DNA of 64,000 bases from positions 202,737-266,736 of the forward strand of contig JAEYRH010000003.1 in the NCBI GenBank assembly GCA_023435705.1, written 5' to 3'. A program made the translations under genes and the position numbers. This document shows positions 62,968 through 64,000 of the stretch, piece by piece. Origin of the DNA: Bacillota bacterium. GTDB lineage: Bacteria; Bacillota; Clostridia; Christensenellales; UMGS416. Position 1 is the first letter of the stretch. Each line of letters begins with the position of its first letter. Under the pieces are notes generated by a model. The model saw only the letters and a list, made by a program, of their open reading frames with translations, was not told where the DNA came from and made no database searches.

Positions 62968-64000
62968 GTGAAACATATCAAGTTATGGGTTATTATGCTT
63001 TCAATGGTACTCTTGCTTGCTGCATGTTCTTCAGCTGCAATCCCAACACAGGCAAGCTCATCGTCAGCAACCACCGCAGCGACTCCCAGCCAGATTGTGA
63101 CGATAGCACCAACGCAACAATCCATAGAGCCAGAAACTACGGAGGCGCTGACAATAACATCTTCACCCGCTCCGACTCTGATCCCGGTGCCGACAACAAG
63201 TATCATTGACGGCTTGCCGGATCCAGTTGAGTTTTGGTCTTCATTGAATTTTGACTTAAAACAATACCCCAGAGTAGACGGCTCCACGGCAAACCTACCA
63301 TTGGGAGTTTACATCCGGGCAGTAACCACCGGTCAGTCTCTTGAGGCTTGTGAAAAAGTTACAAAATTCACAACTACAGGGCCGTCGTACATTGCGCTGG
63401 CGAGATGGGAGACTGATTTGATCCTGGCATATGAGGCACCGGAAGAAGTCAAGGAAGATTTGGCGCAAATGGGAGCAAAGCTTACCATGAAACCCATCGG
63501 CATGGATGCGCTTGTATTCCTTACCAACAATAGTAATCCTGTCAAGAGCCTGACCCACAAGCAAATTGTTGATATCTATACAGGAAGGATCAAGAAGTGG
63601 AATCGGGTCGGTGGAGATAACATAGATATCATTCCATATCAACGGATATCCAACTCCGGCAGTCAGGCACTCATGCTCAAACTCGTGATGAAGGGCACGC
63701 AGATCATGGATGCTCCCACTACATTGCAGCCTGGCTCCATGAGCGGCCTTGTTGATGCCATCGCCTCTTACGACAACACCCGCAACGCTCTGGGTTACTC
63801 CGTCTACTACTACGTGCGAAACATGTATCAAATGCCGGGGATCAAGCTGCTTGCCGTGGATGGCGTGGCCCCCACCAATGAGACCATCGCCAGTGGCAAA
63901 TATCCCTACATCAACCCTTTCTATGCTGTGATCCGTGTAGATGAGCCAAAGGGCTCGCCAGCCCACCAGTTGTTTGATTGGCTGACCGGTGAGGAAGGGA
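62968..64000 (+). CDS. PstS-family (PBP-like 2) substrate-binding lipoprotein, 3' end beyond the window
   Basis: My translation from GTG 62968 (RBS AGAGGTGG) gives VKHIKLWVIMLSMVLLLAACSS (lipobox), then a Ser/Thr/Pro linker. It continues with RVDGSTANLPLG, LTHKQIVDIYTGRIKKWNRVGG, YQRISNSGSQ, ALGYSVYYYV, LLAVDGVAPTNETIASGKYPY. It is absent from the ORF track because it is open at the right edge. Confidence 0.75.
   Translation, partial: MKHIKLWVIMLSMVLLLAACSSAAIPTQASSSSATTAATPSQIVTIAPTQQSIEPETTEALTITSSPAPTLIPVPTTSIIDGLPDPVEFWSSLNFDLKQYPRVDGSTANLPLGVYIRAVTTGQSLEACEKVTKFTTTGPSYIALARWETDLILAYEAPEEVKEDLAQMGAKLTMKPIGMDALVFLTNNSNPVKSLTHKQIVDIYTGRIKKWNRVGGDNIDIIPYQRISNSGSQALMLKLVMKGTQIMDAPTTLQPGSMSGLVDAIASYDNTRNALGYSVYYYVRNMYQMPGIKLLAVDGVAPTNETIASGKYPYINPFYAVIRVDEPKGSPAHQLFDWLTGEEG

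Overview
GC-rich Firmicutes/Clostridia-type chromosomal segment. Supporting gene content: spore coat F-like protein, two DegV, scpAB, secDF, and the gene order recJ-apt-relA-dtd-MBL hydrolase-hemZ. It is probably a motile, spore-forming gut anaerobe, but the taxon cannot be fixed from the sequence alone. I call about 57 protein genes, two of which run off the window edges and so are missing from the ORF track. I saw no rRNA, tRNA, tmRNA, CRISPR array, transposase or integrase. Most genes are housekeeping: glycolysis (cggR-pgk-tpiA-gpmI), threonine catabolism (tdh-kbl), secDF, scpAB, smpB, rpsT, ispE, yebC. Also present are two large chemoreceptors, several lipoproteins and assorted regulators. 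Two things stand out. (1) A three-gene minus-strand operon at 38601..42248 sits between relA and dtd, which are adjacent in Bacillus subtilis. It encodes a BlaI-type repressor, an M56 BlaR1-like sensor-protease whose extracellular sensor is a seven-repeat RCC1-like propeller rather than a penicillin-binding domain, and a stand-alone lipoprotein copy of that propeller. A consensus promoter overlapped by a perfect inverted repeat precedes it. Homology between the lipoprotein's 5' UTR and coding sequence inside the fusion gene suggests a gene-fusion origin or an internal start. (2) A family of modular, hairpin-dense, GC-rich intergenic repeats occupies at least seven spacers (30.2, 31.5, 33.0, 45.0, 46.0, 47.2 and 49.9 kb). 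The stems show compensatory substitutions between copies, one copy carries a nested insertion, and every copy I could align points the same way as the upstream gene. Most other long ORFs in the track are antisense shadow ORFs of the real genes.
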